From: Lytechinus pictus
Taxonomy: Eukaryota
Reading direction: 5' to 3'
Length of the DNA: 64,000 bases
Assembly (NCBI RefSeq): GCF_037042905.1
Contig: NC_087245.1
Span: forward strand, 24,740,001 to 24,804,000
Below are positions 26,801 through 41,800 of this stretch, in pieces; within the stretch, counting starts at the first letter, position 1, and each line of letters starts with the position of its first letter. The notes under the pieces are model-generated. The model was given only the letters and a program-made list of their open reading frames with translations. It did not search any database and was not told the DNA's origin. The position numbers and the translations under genes were made by a program.

Positions 26801-29800
26801 TGATTTGTAAGATTGATCGGAGGGCTATTATCAGAAAATTCAGAAATACATTACAGAAAGTGGACGCTAAATATATTAAACTGAAAATTAAGATTCATAA
26901 CTAATAAGTACATGTCAAGTGACATCAGGGTCACGGAAGTTTGGTAAGATTTAAATTGAATCCTAAACAATATATATGCGTTTCCATCCTATCTTTTATT
27001 TGATCAGACGGGTGTTATAAGCCACGGAAATTCAGAATTCTATATCAAACCGCTTCAAGATCACCATGCAACCCGGATCAAAAGAGACTCGGATAACCGG
27101 CATGGCAGTTCGCATATCATTTACAGACGAAGATTCAGAAGATTGCAAAAGACAACACCACGAGAAGAGGAACAACCGTCTGAACAATTTTGCGCATCGG
27201 AGGATCGTAAGTAAAACAAATGATGTTCTATATCAATATATTAATGACAAAGAGCTATTCAGGGCCACGTTTTATAAAGATAAATTGGACAATTATAAAA
27301 AATAGACAATTTCTATGACAAGTTTACTATCAGCCAATCAGATTAAAGGATTTCAGTAACTGTAATTGCAAATTTGTTATTATAACGGGTTTAATGAAAC
27401 GGGCCCCTGGTCCCTAATTACAATCGAAGTGTATGAGATTTGAATCTTTTAGAGTTGGTTTTACCTCTTTTTTTGAGAGACAATGTTTACAAGGATGCGC
27501 AGGTCATTCCTGATGGAGTCATAATGCACTTTATAAGGATTTAAATTTACTCTTAATGGATTGGTTCCTAGTATCACTCCGAGAGGAGTGTGATTATGGG
27601 CTATATTATGCTGTTACATTTAGCAAGTATGATATAAAATCAAATCGTTTCAAAAAATAATTCAGTTGTATAGATAAAGATGACTGTTGCAGTAACACAA
27701 ATGTATTTGACTCTTGGTGCACCTGACTGAGCTGTCAGGCACTGGGCAAAGGGGCAAAGAGGAGGTGTGATCCTGATAGCTCAGTCACTAGAGCGGGGGT
27801 TTTGGATTCCGGTGACCCGGGTTCGATTCCCACTTGCATGGGTGCCCTTCCGTGAGGCATATATCCTCATTACCAGGTCCCTCAAAGATATGACACTAAT
27901 ATGAACAGAAAAGTCCCTTGAGGCCACTAAATATCCATAAACAGGTTCATAATATTTTAATCTTCGTAATTTTTTCAAGGTATTGTTTATGACTGTCCTA
28001 TAGCAGAATTTTCGCACTGCGGTGCAAGAAATTAAAGCCCTTTATTACAATGAGCAACCAAGAAGTCTTTGTCGAAAATTTGTGAATCCAAAGAGCAGTT
28101 TCGTCCTGGACCTGGACTCTGGATGGATAAACGACATGTTTGCGATTTTTCGTCAGCTCCGAAAAGCCCCTTTAGGTCTAAATCGAGATTTAGACCTAAA
28201 AATGGGCCACTCTGTTCATGTTTTGTAAACAGCCATAGGCTGATCGAAGGCTTTTTACCGTGTTTAAATAAAATAAATCAATCAAAATCAATGTTTTTTA
28301 AATCATGAAAAGGATGAGTAATAGGGGGTCTTCCTACATTAATAATGCAGCACAAAGCGCGAGCAGAAACATTTTGATATTGTGATCTGAAACTGGATAA
28401 TGATTTAAATAGAGAACAAGTTGAGTATTAGAATAAACATGCGCGCGCGTGTTTCATATTTAGACCTAGAATCTAGGCATTCTAAATACATCTTTAATCA
28501 TGAAAATCATGAAACTTTGATATTCCGATCTGAAAAAAGAGTCAATTACAGCTTTATATTTCAAGCACTTTGTATGAAAATTATAAGGTGGATATGGATC
28601 GCACTTTAAAAAAAGAGCTACAATTTTCATTATTATTACTTTGAGTTTTGACATAGGACCGGGACATCCTTACGACATGTCATGAAAATGATGACTATCT
28701 TCCTATTCCTCTTGCTAAGCGCGAGATGAAACAAAAGGGAAAATTTAATTATTAAATTAATATCATATTTATTCGTGCCTAATGAGGGCGCGAAATCTGA
28801 TGATATTATGGCATAAAAACTGGACATTTCACTTTTGTAATTATGAATAGGATGCATCAGTTAATATATTTTTAACCATTAATGCGAGCGCAAATCGCGA
28901 GCTAAAATTTTTGATAAACAGTCATGAAAAGGGGATTTTAAGTAGTTTGTTGTATAAACATACATAACTCGCCAATCAAAATGCCAGCGTGCAGCGCTAG
29001 CTGATACGTCTTGACAATCAGTCCTGAAAAGGGATATTTTGAAAACTTTATGGAATACACGAAAATAATAGGTACCTGATAAATCAAAATTTGCGAGCAC
29101 GCAGCGCAAGCAGCAAATGTTGATGAAATTATTCAGACCATAAATCTGACATTTTTACAGAGCACTGTTTAAAAATCAATTTGTAAATCACACAAAATAA
29201 TGAAAGTTCGATTTCTGAGGTGAAATATGTTTTGTATATTGACTTCCAAACTTGATATTTGAGCTCCATATTGAACAAGATATGTAAATCTCCTAACAGG
29301 CAATGCGAGCGCGAATCGCGAGCGAAAATTTTATATAGTGGCACGAAAGATTCTTTTTATTTTCCAAGTCTTCCCCTCATCTTATTTTATGCACTCGTCG
29401 TCCTTTTCTTCTTTTTCTCCTCTCTATTCCCTCCTTTTTTCCCTTTTCCTTCTTTCTTTCCCTTTTTTCCTTTTTTTTTTTTGCTCCGCCAATAGGGGGG
29501 GGGGGCCTCGGCCCCCCTGGATTCGCCTATGGGGACAAGGGGCGGGAAAATTTGACAAGCAAAAAAAAAAAGGTTATCATCCCAAAAGTACGGTCATCTC
29601 GTCCCAACTCGTCCCAAAATACTTGTTTTATTTCGATTTAGAATAATGTATTTCTTACCATCATAAAAGACAAAAATAGTAGGGGGATATTTGATATTGT
29701 GTCCCCCCTACTATTTTGAGTGGGGGGACACGTCCCCCTGTCCTCCCTGGGATTTCCGCCCATGGTTGCGACCGCTTACAACCGTTGCGATTCCGCGCAA

Positions 29801-32800
29801 CGTATATTGTGACCAAATGATCGTACGAGCAATTGTGAAAGCCCCTTAACTTAGGACGAACTGCTTTTCTGTAGACATTTTCAATACATTTAAATTCGTT
29901 CTGCGTGGCGGTGCGTGAAATATGTCTATACACGGAAATGAGACAAATGACATCAAATTGGGTGACAGCTCTTTTTTCTGAACTGACAAACTTTTTTACA
30001 GTTGGATTATTGAGCCTTAAGATTTTTTTTCTGATGAAGGAACCCTCGGATTAATGTCATAAATGTTTGCTTTAACCCTAAGACTTGAGGGGAGCTGGTT
30101 CTGTCCCGCCCCCTCGACATTTTTCGCGATAAATCGGCCGCGCGAATTTTTTTTCATCGTTCCGCTCTCTGACTTTTTTACTTTCATGTCTTGCCCAACT
30201 TTTAAGATCAAATTTGGGGCCCCGGGTACGCGGTTCCGAAGTAACGTAACATTTCGTAAGTGCATGCAGACCCAAAATTGCTCAAAAACGTGAATTCTTG
30301 TACAAATCCAATGCAAATTGTGTATTTAGCAAAAAATCATAGAATATGTCATTATTTCTCCTTCTACTGATTAAACTAAAATTAATTTCATCTTGTTTAT
30401 GGCCGGAATAAGGCTCCGAGAAATTTCATCGAAAAAAAATATCAAAAACATAGAAACACATAAGAAATTTAGAAAACAATAACAAAAATATGATATTGAT
30501 TTTTTAAGTTAATTTGATAAGAATTCTATAAAGAGTATTTGAATACAAAATTAACATTCAAGGGGCATTATTCAATTGGAGTAAACGTTTGAGTTTACGC
30601 ATAAATTAGCATAATTAATTAGCAATGAGATTTTTCACAGAATTTCATCTTACATTTTTTTAGAATTTATGCCATGGATTACGCACGTGCCAATTTTCGT
30701 TGCGATCGCACGATCGACGGCAGAGATCATAAGGGGGGGGGGCTGAATCAGCCTCCGTCTGCATAGGCGTCAAAATAGCCCAGTCTTTTTAGGGTTAACA
30801 CCCCCCCCCCCCCCCCTTGGACTAACGCGTGTCTTGATATATAGAATTTGAGTGTTTCGGAATAACGAACCTTATGAATAATGAACTTTCGGAATGACAA
30901 GCGTATATTCAAAGTGATCATGCTTCTAGACAATGTGTGATTCTCTTCTGTATTTTAGTAGAGTCTAAAGGGGTGCATTTTGACCAGCTAAAGGAAAGCC
31001 TCATTTCATTTACCGACGAAATACTTCCCTCCTACCCCGTCTATTTTTAGATCATTTCTGAATATAGAATCTAACATTTTGACTGGTTCTGCATCAAATT
31101 GTAGACAAAATATCGATGACAGCTCTTGCTCAGGACCAAATAATATAGGTTTTTATTCATGAAAGGCTTGTTATTTGTAGTACAATGCACTAATACGTAT
31201 TGACCTGATGTTCTTTCCATATTAAAACTATGTATCCTTAATAGTTTTTCATACTGATTCAATTCAGAAGTTTATGTCATTCAGCAGGCATTACGAAATT
31301 TATCAGATATGTCAAGAACGTAAGTTTTTTTATGAGATGTGAAAAAAAAAGAATAGAAAAGAAAGTTTTGACTCCAATTTGATTTGACATTATGTGGTCG
31401 TCGTATGTTTTCGTTATTTATGTTTTACCTGTCTGGTAGATTTATTCAAACATTTCAAGGCACAATATGACTCTTAAGTCAATGACTAAATACAACAATG
31501 ATATGTATCAGGATCTACAAAATATGCATTATCAAATTTTTCAGTTTTTAAGTTTTAAAATGAATAAAGATGATCAATTTCAGTGGGTATTTTCAGTTAA
31601 AAGAATAAATAATTTAAGAGTCAAATCACATGAAGGGGGCCCCCTTTAGCAGTTTCAGTAAGTAAGTTAATCCTCGAGGACCTTCGAATTCTGTTGCAAG
31701 TCTGTCAAAGTATAAATCCTTAGTTAAACTCCTCTAAATATAAATTTCCACTTGAATACAAATTAGACAAAAAACATCTTTTATGTGTTTTTTTTTTCGT
31801 TTCGTCATTGGTGTTTGTTTGTTAATTTCAATGCATTTTTTCTTATTTCTTTGTTTTTTATTGTTTGATTTGATTTGCCTTTTCTATATTTCAGTTTTAC
31901 AAGCTTGCTTTTATGTAGGTCCCATCATATTTCTTTGACTTGAATTAAGCTTTTACCTTATAACTCGACTGATCGTGTATTTATATTATGTTATTGTATA
32001 CTTCTCAGTTGTTTATAATTTAATAGTTATGTATTATTGTTGCTGCTTTATTTTTATGTCTAATGTCAATGAGAAATAATGAAAATAAATGAAATTAAAT
32101 TAAATATTTCCGAACTTACCTTGTGTCTCCCGTCCCAGGTGACAGATACATCTCAAACCTCCCTTCCTAAATAGTCTGCAGGTACAGACCCTTGGTTTTC
32201 GCCATTCGCATAGTGAATAATGCAGGGTCTGAAGCAGTGAGACTAGATTCACTATGTACTGTGGCTGGCTCTACGTATTTGACAAAGACAGAATCTTTGC
32301 GTCTAGTCTTTACTCTAGACCTGTTATTGGTTAAAGTGTCAAATATGAGTCCAGGAGCGGCGAGCCTGGGGAGAGGGGCGGGGGCACAGTGCACTCCCCC
32401 CCCCCCCCCCCACTTTTTGATCCACTGAAAAAGTGCCCAATTTTTACGCAAGAAAAATGCCCCCTCACGAACGTGTACCGTGCTCCTTTAATCGGAAGAG
32501 AACCCTATTTAGGTGTTACCAAGTGCCCTTTCTCGTATATGTGCCACCCCCCCCAAAAAAAAAAAAAATGCCCACTAACGGACGTGTTCTGTACCATTTT
32601 CCTTCTAAGATGTACCCGGTTTATGTGTAAGTAAGTGCCATATCTCGTATCAGTGACAAATTTTACCCACAATTTCCCCCTCACCATGCTCACGAACGTG
32701 TTCTGTGCTCACGAACGTGTTCTGTGCTCCCTTCACCTGAAAAGGACCAGTTTTATGCCGTTAGCAAGTGCCCTTTTGCCATCTTATAGGTGCCATTCTC

Positions 32801-35800
32801 GTATCAGTGCCCCCTTTTACCCAAGAAACATGCTTCTCACGAACGTGTTCTGTGCCCCATTCACATGAGAAGGACCCGTTTTATGTCTGAGTAAGTGCTC
32901 CCTTGCCTTCTTGTAAGTGCCGTTTCTCGAATCAGTGCCCCCTTTTCCCCAAGAACAGTGCCCCTCGCGAACATGTCCTGTCCCTTTCACCTGAGAAGGA
33001 TCCGTTTTATGCCGTTAGCAAGTGCCCCTTTGCCTTCTTATAGGTGCCCTTTCTCGTATCCGTGCCCCTTTTTACCTATAAGAAAAAAGCCCACCACGAA
33101 CTTCTTCTGCGCCCTTTTCTCCTGAGAAGGAGCTGTTATGTGTTGACGAGTGCCCATTTGCCTTTTCATAGGTGCCTGAAAAATCAATTTTTGTGTCCAA
33201 TGAGCGCACGGAGCGCCGTTCTGCTTCATTCTGCAATTACAAAATGAATGAAAATACTTGTAAAAGTAATCCTATGTGCCTTTCGTTAGTCATGTTAGTG
33301 GGGTTGATAAATAATTTTTTCTTTGTTTTAAGATCATGGCCGTACACACCGGGGGCAGTGCCCCCCCCCCCCAATTTTTTTTTTTAACTCACTTAATTGT
33401 ACTGCAGATTTTCACAAAATTCACCAAAAGTATGCACAAAATCCATCAATTTCACTTAACAAAATGCAAAAGCGCCTCAGTGATAAGCTCGGTCGCTTCA
33501 CTCTCTCGCTTCCGAGTTTTTCCAAAAAGCTAACGTGTGCTGCCCCCCCCCCAGCGAAAAAGTATACGGCCATGTATAAGAGAGTGTCCTTTTTTCCTTT
33601 GCCCCCCTCCCCCACTTTCAACTTCGCTCCGCCTCCACTGTATGAGTCTTTACTTGCAGACTATTTCCTAAATATGTGAGAGAAGAATCGGGGTATATTG
33701 ATTGACTCGGAGGCCCGGCTTCATGTTTGTTCTATGACCACATCAGTTGTCATCGGGTCTTTGGTGTCATCCAGACTCGAGATCTCGACCGATACTTCAT
33801 CACTGTCTTCGAGATCCATTGTCCATCGGTCCTGTAAATAATACTACGATCGGATAATATTTCGTTTTAGTCATCTCCTTCTGGCATTGTTCTGATTACA
33901 GTTGCTGGGTACATCCTGTCAAGGATGCTCATTCTGTCAAGTTCATGAACGAGGGTATCAATGTTTGCTGTCAATATGCCAATCACGTCATCATTAGCCG
34001 GACATTGACCGGTAACCATGGTAATATTGACCTGGGGGTGATGGGACTACCCTCGAGAAGCTGCTGTATTCTATACGATTCAATGAAATACCACGGAGGT
34101 CAGTGACGTAATGAGTGAAACATTTTGAGGGGCCAGACATGGCGGATGGAGCAACATTTCTATAAAAAAAAAAGATGTGAGCGAACGAAACGATGGAGCA
34201 AAAATTTCGACCTTTTTAATGCCAATTTTTTTTTTAAAGATTTTGACATAATACGCAGAAAAATATTTATCTCACTCTTTCTCTCTCCTATTATTTCTTC
34301 TTCTTTTATTTGTTGGTCGTGAAACAGTTAAAGTGATTGGTTAACATTGGTTTGACTTTTAAAAAATCTGAACTAGAAGGTCACACTTGTCACCTGTGTC
34401 TGTGATATGTTACAAAAGTGAAGCCCAGAAAAAATTGCGTTCGAAAATAATTATTTAGTGCTTCAAAAATTGAAATACAAAGTGACCGAAAACACAATCT
34501 TAATTTCATCCCATACACTTATGTGTACTATTTAGGCGTCTATAAGACGCCTATTTACAAAATCGGGGTTTGCCTTGTAGTTTTAGCTTTTCATTCTCAA
34601 TAATGGTTGTTTTCAGGGTTTATTAGTTCTAATACATGCACTTGTACACATGTCTCATCTTGGTTTGAGAATTTTTTTAATCGGCTGCTCACAAAGTTAA
34701 ACAATACCTTTAAGAGCCAACCCTCGCCCCCCCCCCCCCCCCCATCTGTACATCAGTGATGGCTATTCAAACAAGCCTTTATATCCATGATTGACCAGTT
34801 TGGTTGTCATCAGTGTGACAAAGAGGTTTTTAAAAGCTCCCAATAACCCATGAAAGAATACAATACTCCTTTTTAGGACTACTTTATATTTTATGATCCT
34901 GAAAATATACTAACCTCGCAAAAGGACTCTGTTAATACATGCATGCAAAGCTCCTCTGAATAGGAAATTTGACGAACTGCAGGAATTATATATTTTTTTA
35001 CTTTGATTTGATTCAAGTGTTTTGTCTTCTTAACGAAATACAAGGCTAATGATCTCAATGTAGATAACACATTTTTTGGTTTTACATTGTAAAATATGAT
35101 ATTGTTTGGTAAGCAAACAGACTTCCTGGTGGTGTCAATTTATTTAATTCATTAAGAATAAGTTTTGAACTGGAGCAATAGAGAAAATCGACTGAAATAA
35201 AATTATTTGTACTTTCATAACAAATATGTCGTTTTATATCGAATCTTGGAAAATATTCGTTTCAACTTCCCTTTATCAATTATTATTCCCTCTAAATGCT
35301 TTCTAATTTTAGGGATAGAGTATGCATATTTTCTAATGACAGATCCACAGCTTTAATTTTCGAACACTATAATGCGAAAGGCGACAAATGTTTAGCAATT
35401 TTAAGACCCAAAGTAAAATCACCAAGGAAGTGTGTATTTGTATCTACTTCTTTTAGTAAACCTGTTTTGACGTTCATTATGGTTAAGACATGAACGTCAT
35501 ACTCATCATATCGAGAAAACTGACAACTCTTCTTAACAGATAACAGGAAGTCGATTAACGTGGAGATTACATCGGCTGCAAGGATAAGCCAATTGTTAAC
35601 CGATTTATAGTAACATAATCCAAATGGAAGGCCGTGTAATTTACCCTAAATGACTGTTCATATTGCAGCTAAATTTATATTTGGGATGATTTTGAATAAA
35701 TTCAGCACCTTTTTTATGATGAAGTAGTTTGAGCAAAACATGTTCCTCCTAAGTGCTTTAATGATGGACACGAAATTAGTATTTCTAAACAGTCAATATC

Positions 35801-38800
35801 CCAAACTGATCGTGTGTCTAAACATTAGTGTTATTTAGGTTAAAGGGATGGTCCGGGCTGAAAGTTTTTATAGCTTAATAGATATAGTACAATTCACTGA
35901 GCAAAATGCCGACAATTTCATCAAAATCGGATAACAAATAACAAAGTTATTGAATCTTAAAGTTTAGCAATATTTTGTGAAAACGGTTGTCATGAATATT
36001 CATTAGGTGGGCTGATGATGTCACATCTCCACTTGTTCTTTTGTATTTTATTATATGAAATTAGGTTTATTCAAATTTTTTCCTCCAAGAACTAGAAAAA
36101 TTGGATTAACAACTGATTTAGTGCATTAGATATTTATTGCTGCAACTTATTTCATTATAAGGGAGACACATTATTCACACAAGTATGAAATAATGAAAAC
36201 ATTACGATTTTATGTAATAACAAAACAAAACGGAAAGTGGGGATGTGACATCATCAGCCCACCCAATGAATATTCATGATGACTGTTTTCACAAAATATT
36301 GCTAAACTTTAAACCTCAATAACTTTATTATTTGTTATCCGATTTTGATGAGATTTTCGGTATTTTGCTCAGTGAATTCTACTCTATGTATTAAGATATA
36401 AATATTTTCAGCCCGGACCATCCCTTTAACGTGAGAGGGCAGAAGACTGGTCAGTTTCCTTACAGCGATCAATATGAAACAATAGCATGTTATTAAAAAA
36501 GGAGATGAAAAAAAAGAAACTTGATCATGAACCGTACATTTTTTTGATTAAATCACACTTCCCTAAAATCCAACAAATATATATAATAACTGTCACTGGC
36601 TCATTATAAACTTGATTGGACTTGCGACTTCTCCTTCTTCTTCTCTTCTAATAAAGTACAGTCCACCGACTGGTGTATTGTCGTTAATCCAATTCCAAGT
36701 CTATTTCTGCTTTTGTGACTTAGAAAATGTTGCTAACTAGTATATCTCATTCTTACTATCACTTCAGCGGAGTCGTTGAATTCGGAGATCGGCAACCATA
36801 CAAGTGTACCATCGACAATGATGTCGTCAATGGAAGACGTTTACGTTGGTCAGAAGTACTTAGAATTCATGGTCATGATTGATAAGAGTATGGTCGAATT
36901 CCATGGCGATGACGCTATCAACTATACCATGACATTAATGAATATAGTAAGTACATGTGATATGTTTTATGAGGACCATTACCATCAAGTATTAGTTTGT
37001 TTCTAATGGACATTTCTTATTCATTTATCTGTTTATTTATTTCATTCATTTGTTTATTTATTTATTCATTTATTTTTTTTTTTTTCAATTTCTTATGGGG
37101 GGTCCCGGGCAAACTATATTTAGGTTTATAACATAATGAACAATTTTTTGACAATCGAACCATTACTTCACTTAATTTTGTCTTACATTGAATGTGAAAC
37201 TATTTTTCGTATTATATATGTTCAAAGTTTTTATATTATATCAAGCCTAATTTACAAACTTTCATTATTAATGAATACAACTCGGAAGAAACGCGCTTTA
37301 ATGTTTTTTACTAAAGGACAGACCCTGTGTTAAATAATAAAACTACAATTTTGTTTGCAGGTATCAAGAAGATTCGCAGAGCCATCATTAGGAGTTAGCA
37401 TGAGAGTAGCTATCACAAAGTTTATCATCCTAGATACTGACACTCCTATGGTAAGTGTATGAAAATATCATTTAATAGTAACTTAATTATCATTTCATTT
37501 GGGAAAGGGTATAAACAAGACACAATTTAGCGCGAGAAATGGGACCTTGCGTTCATAAACATATTAAAGTTTAACATTCACAGCAACCCTTGTAAACACT
37601 GTCTACCTATTAATGCATCAACAATCCCACACTTTTACGATCCGGTATAGAACCATGATGACACTTGCTCCTGCGACAATTGCTCCTTAAACTGTATTTC
37701 AAACCTTACCCTATTAATCCTAGAATCAACATATGATTCTTAATTTTTTTTTATAGTCTTAATGACCAGGCTAAAAGATATTTTATTGATTTCAGTTAAA
37801 CAAACAAAAAAACATTTGCATTGGCCTTTGAGGATCGAATAATGAAAAATACATCAAAAAAAGTCACGACAAAAACACCTTCGATGTAGGCATTTCATTT
37901 GATGCTCTTGATTTGTTTTGAATCGATTGTATAAAACTTGTTTCAGACGGACGCCCAAATGAAAATTATAATTGCAACATCGCCTTGTTTTCTGAACTTC
38001 CTCCCATGTGAAAGTCTATTAGGTGACTGATAGGTCATCACGCCCTCTCTCGTCTCATGAGGGTTGTATTTATACCGATGATTTGAAAGATGTTTTGTAA
38101 TGAGTCTAGACAGATTCCATGTGCTAAATTATCGGTTATTCCTCCAATGATTGATTTAATCAGGTTGAGTTAAAAGAGAATCACAGTGAGATGTTAAAAG
38201 TTTACGCCTTGATACTCATTTATTGATACTCAAACCTTATTTTATTAAACTCAAATCTTATTCTATTAAGTTCAAATTAAATAAATTTTGTGGTAAATCA
38301 CAAATCATGTATACATGTACATATAATTTCACGAATAAGGCAATGATGATTATTGCTATTAACAAAAAAAAACTATTGGCCCGTTGCTCGAAGGGTTGGG
38401 ATTAATCACAACTGGATTTTCAACCAATGTAAGAAGCACGTATTTGGGATTGACGCTTGTTTTTAAAAGTTGCTACATGTCTGTAGGGATTTTACATAAT
38501 TATGAAAGGTCAGAATCCTGTTTACAAACAAAACTTTTTACATCTGCTGACAAGGCTCTGTGAGCGCCTTGATCTATTTCGTAATTCTGTTATGAGAATA
38601 TGAAAATAAATTGCTTCTCTATATTCTTTACTTACCTCCTAATTCAAAATAGAAACATGGAATATACAATATATTTTTTTCCTCAGAGAAACATTCTTTA
38701 TATTTATTCCAGCGTGCAAAAAAGGATCGAAATAAATTATATCTAGAGAGATGGAATTATAGGATTTTATGAGAACATGATATATTTATTTTCTCATGAT

Positions 38801-41800
38801 ACAGCTTGTATAAACAATCCATTACCGGTAATCATGCTTTAAAACATGACTGAGAAATGCAGAGAGTCAAGGGAAAATATATTAAAAACTCTAATAAAGA
38901 CGATATCTCTTCAAAATCGTAAATTGCGAATGATCAACGGCATACATTTTTTTTTATAATCATCAATATTATTTTGCAATGTTGTCGCGACAAAGAATAG
39001 TGATCAAATACTGGCCAAATACTTCGCAAATAAATTATTTTATCAGATTGGGGTTTAGAGCATTCTAACGAAGAAGTTTTATCGTCTTTATGTGAGTTAA
39101 AACTTAAAGATAAATGGTTAAATAGTCACACATGGAAGCATAAAACTTCACCCAGTTCTGCCAGTTATCAATCATCTACGCTAGCTGAATTATACATTTT
39201 CACATATTCTTTTATTCTCAAAGAAAACACACAGGAGTGCAAGCCTGCGGCGTCAATCACGATAAAAGCAATCGTTTTACATTCATAATAGCATTGAGCT
39301 CTTTGAAAGCTCCAATGTGCAGATTAATTGTTGATTTCATATCAGATTACATCATTGTAGAAATGAAGTACATAGTCCCCAAGCATGCCAAACAGGCGCA
39401 ATCAGACACAAACATTTATTGTTCATCTACCCATTCGATAATTCGATATGAAGGCAGAATATTTTTAGGAGTTTCCTCTTGACAACATTTTTTTTTATTG
39501 CGAAATAAAGGACGTTTGTGGTTCAACTTTTGTTATATTTTGGATGGAGCGAACATGGAAATATGATTGATTATTGGTATAAGTGAAAAAGAATATCATG
39601 AGTTTGCTTGTCATACAGCTGTATGCAGTTTTGTCAGGCAACCAATGATTTTACGTTCTCTTTGAAGGGTTTGGTAATCCCGATTTAAGGGTAGGGTAAA
39701 AGGACATCCACCTTGCTCTGAACTCTGGCCAGGACCTCTCAGATTCTTTCTCTGACAATCCCTCCATTAAGACATCGAACTTTAAACAAGCGTTTTAATT
39801 GAGGAGAGATCTAATTAGCCTGGTAAAAGAAGATAATAATAATAATAATATAGGGTATTTATATTGCGCACATATCCACCTTGTTAGGTGCTCAAGGCGC
39901 TCCTATATTACCCGGCTAAGCTAGGCGTTGGATGGATAATAAGAACTCCACTAAACTGTACTATAGCCTCCTGAACTATCTCCGTCCTGTGCAAGTCAAT
40001 TAGAGTTTTCACCAACATAACTATTGTCATTCTTATATCACATGCTATTTTTATTACTTCAAGTATATTTCACTTTAATCAAATGGAATATTCCTTTTTG
40101 TGTTACAGGTTCAATCTATCACCGGTCATAACATCACTCTAAATGTTCAAGCTAATGGACCTCAGTTATTAGAAGAATTTTGTCGGTGGCAGGCTGGATT
40201 CAATCCTATCAATGATGCTCATCCAGAACATTGGGACATCGCTACTCTTATTACTAGGTAATATTTAAAAAACATTCCTTAAAGGAGGAAAAAATCTTTG
40301 AAACAAGCTAGCTTGTTAGCTTGTGTCAAGTGTGAAAACGGGAAAACAAAATCAAAGAATAAGATCGGTAAATACTGAGAGCAATCTAACAAACAATAAA
40401 GAAAGTTATGCTCATAATGCTTTGGAGATTCCCATATTGACAATGCGAACAAGATCTTTGATGTCACGCAATTCCATTTGGACACTCAAAATATACTCCC
40501 AAAATATTTAATTTGTAATTGTAATGATGATACAAAGTACTCTTCGTCCGTGATTTATTTTGTGAACCAGTAATTACACACCTAGCCATAAAAAGAACAC
40601 GTTATCATACGGATAGAATTAATAAAAGCGATGATTTCAATGAAATATTGCTCGTTTTGGTGACACCACACATCTTGGTCGCATTGCCAGTAGGAAGATG
40701 TAGATGTCCACTGCATTAGTAGTCTCAACATTCAGATGCTCATAATTTTCCCCATTTTATTTCTAAAACTTTCAATGACCGGTTTCAATTGATTTGTATG
40801 ATTTATATAATTCAACTGATTCCAAGGGTTTCTTATAATAATCATGAACAAGAGAGATGCATTAATACAAAGATATTAATACAAATGTTAATGATATATT
40901 GAATAAGTGATTGGATGATTGATTGATTTATTTATTTATTGATTAATAGTTTGTCGATTGGTTGGTCGATACTTTGATTAGCAATGTATAGATTAAAATA
41001 ATTGATTTATTATTCGATGTATTTCCATTACAATCTATGAAATATTTTTGTAAGCTAATTCATCATAATTATGTTTAAATTATGTTTGATTGGTCATTTT
41101 AGTGAAGTGTGATTTAACGAAGCGTTCATTCTTAATCTCATTTTCTACAGAAAAGATTTATTCAAGTTATCAGGAACCTACCGTGATACTAACCTACTTG
41201 GAAGGGCATACATCGGGACTACATGTCAACGCTCATTACAATGTTCAGTAAATCAAGATGATGGCCTTACTACAGGTTCGGTTATTGCTCATGAAACAGG
41301 ACATAAGTAAGTCTTTGTTATCATCTTAGCCGATGAACTTTATGTACTCACCTTTCGACAAAACGATTAAGGAATATTGTTCGGTTGGATATAATAGCGA
41401 TTGCCATAATTTTTTTTTTTTTTTTTTTTTTTTTGGGGGGGGGAATTCTGGGGGCGGGCTATGTTTTTTTTCCCCTATATGGTATCAATGTTGAGAATGT
41501 TGACAATATTATTATCAATCTGATGGGTATGTATATGTAGATAAAATATAAAATATTTGTTTTACCTATTATATCTTAGCAAGACTAAGGCGCTTTTTAA
41601 AATGGCTAGTTGGGCCACATAGGCGTACAAACAAAATAATAATGCGATTAGAAAAACTTTATCCCCCCAAAAAAAAAAATCACCTGGTTGCCATTTTTGT
41701 CTCGCCTGCATAGCAGAGCGAGACTATAGGCGCCGCTTTTCCGACGGCGGCGGCGGCGGCGTCAACATCAAATCTTAACCTAAGGTTAAGTTTTTGAAAT

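Noticed and set aside
32433..33180. Regularly spaced repeats resembling a CRISPR array
   Set aside because: Eukaryotic context, degenerate ~120-bp tandem units without unique spacers, inside a TSD-flanked element, and no cas genes.
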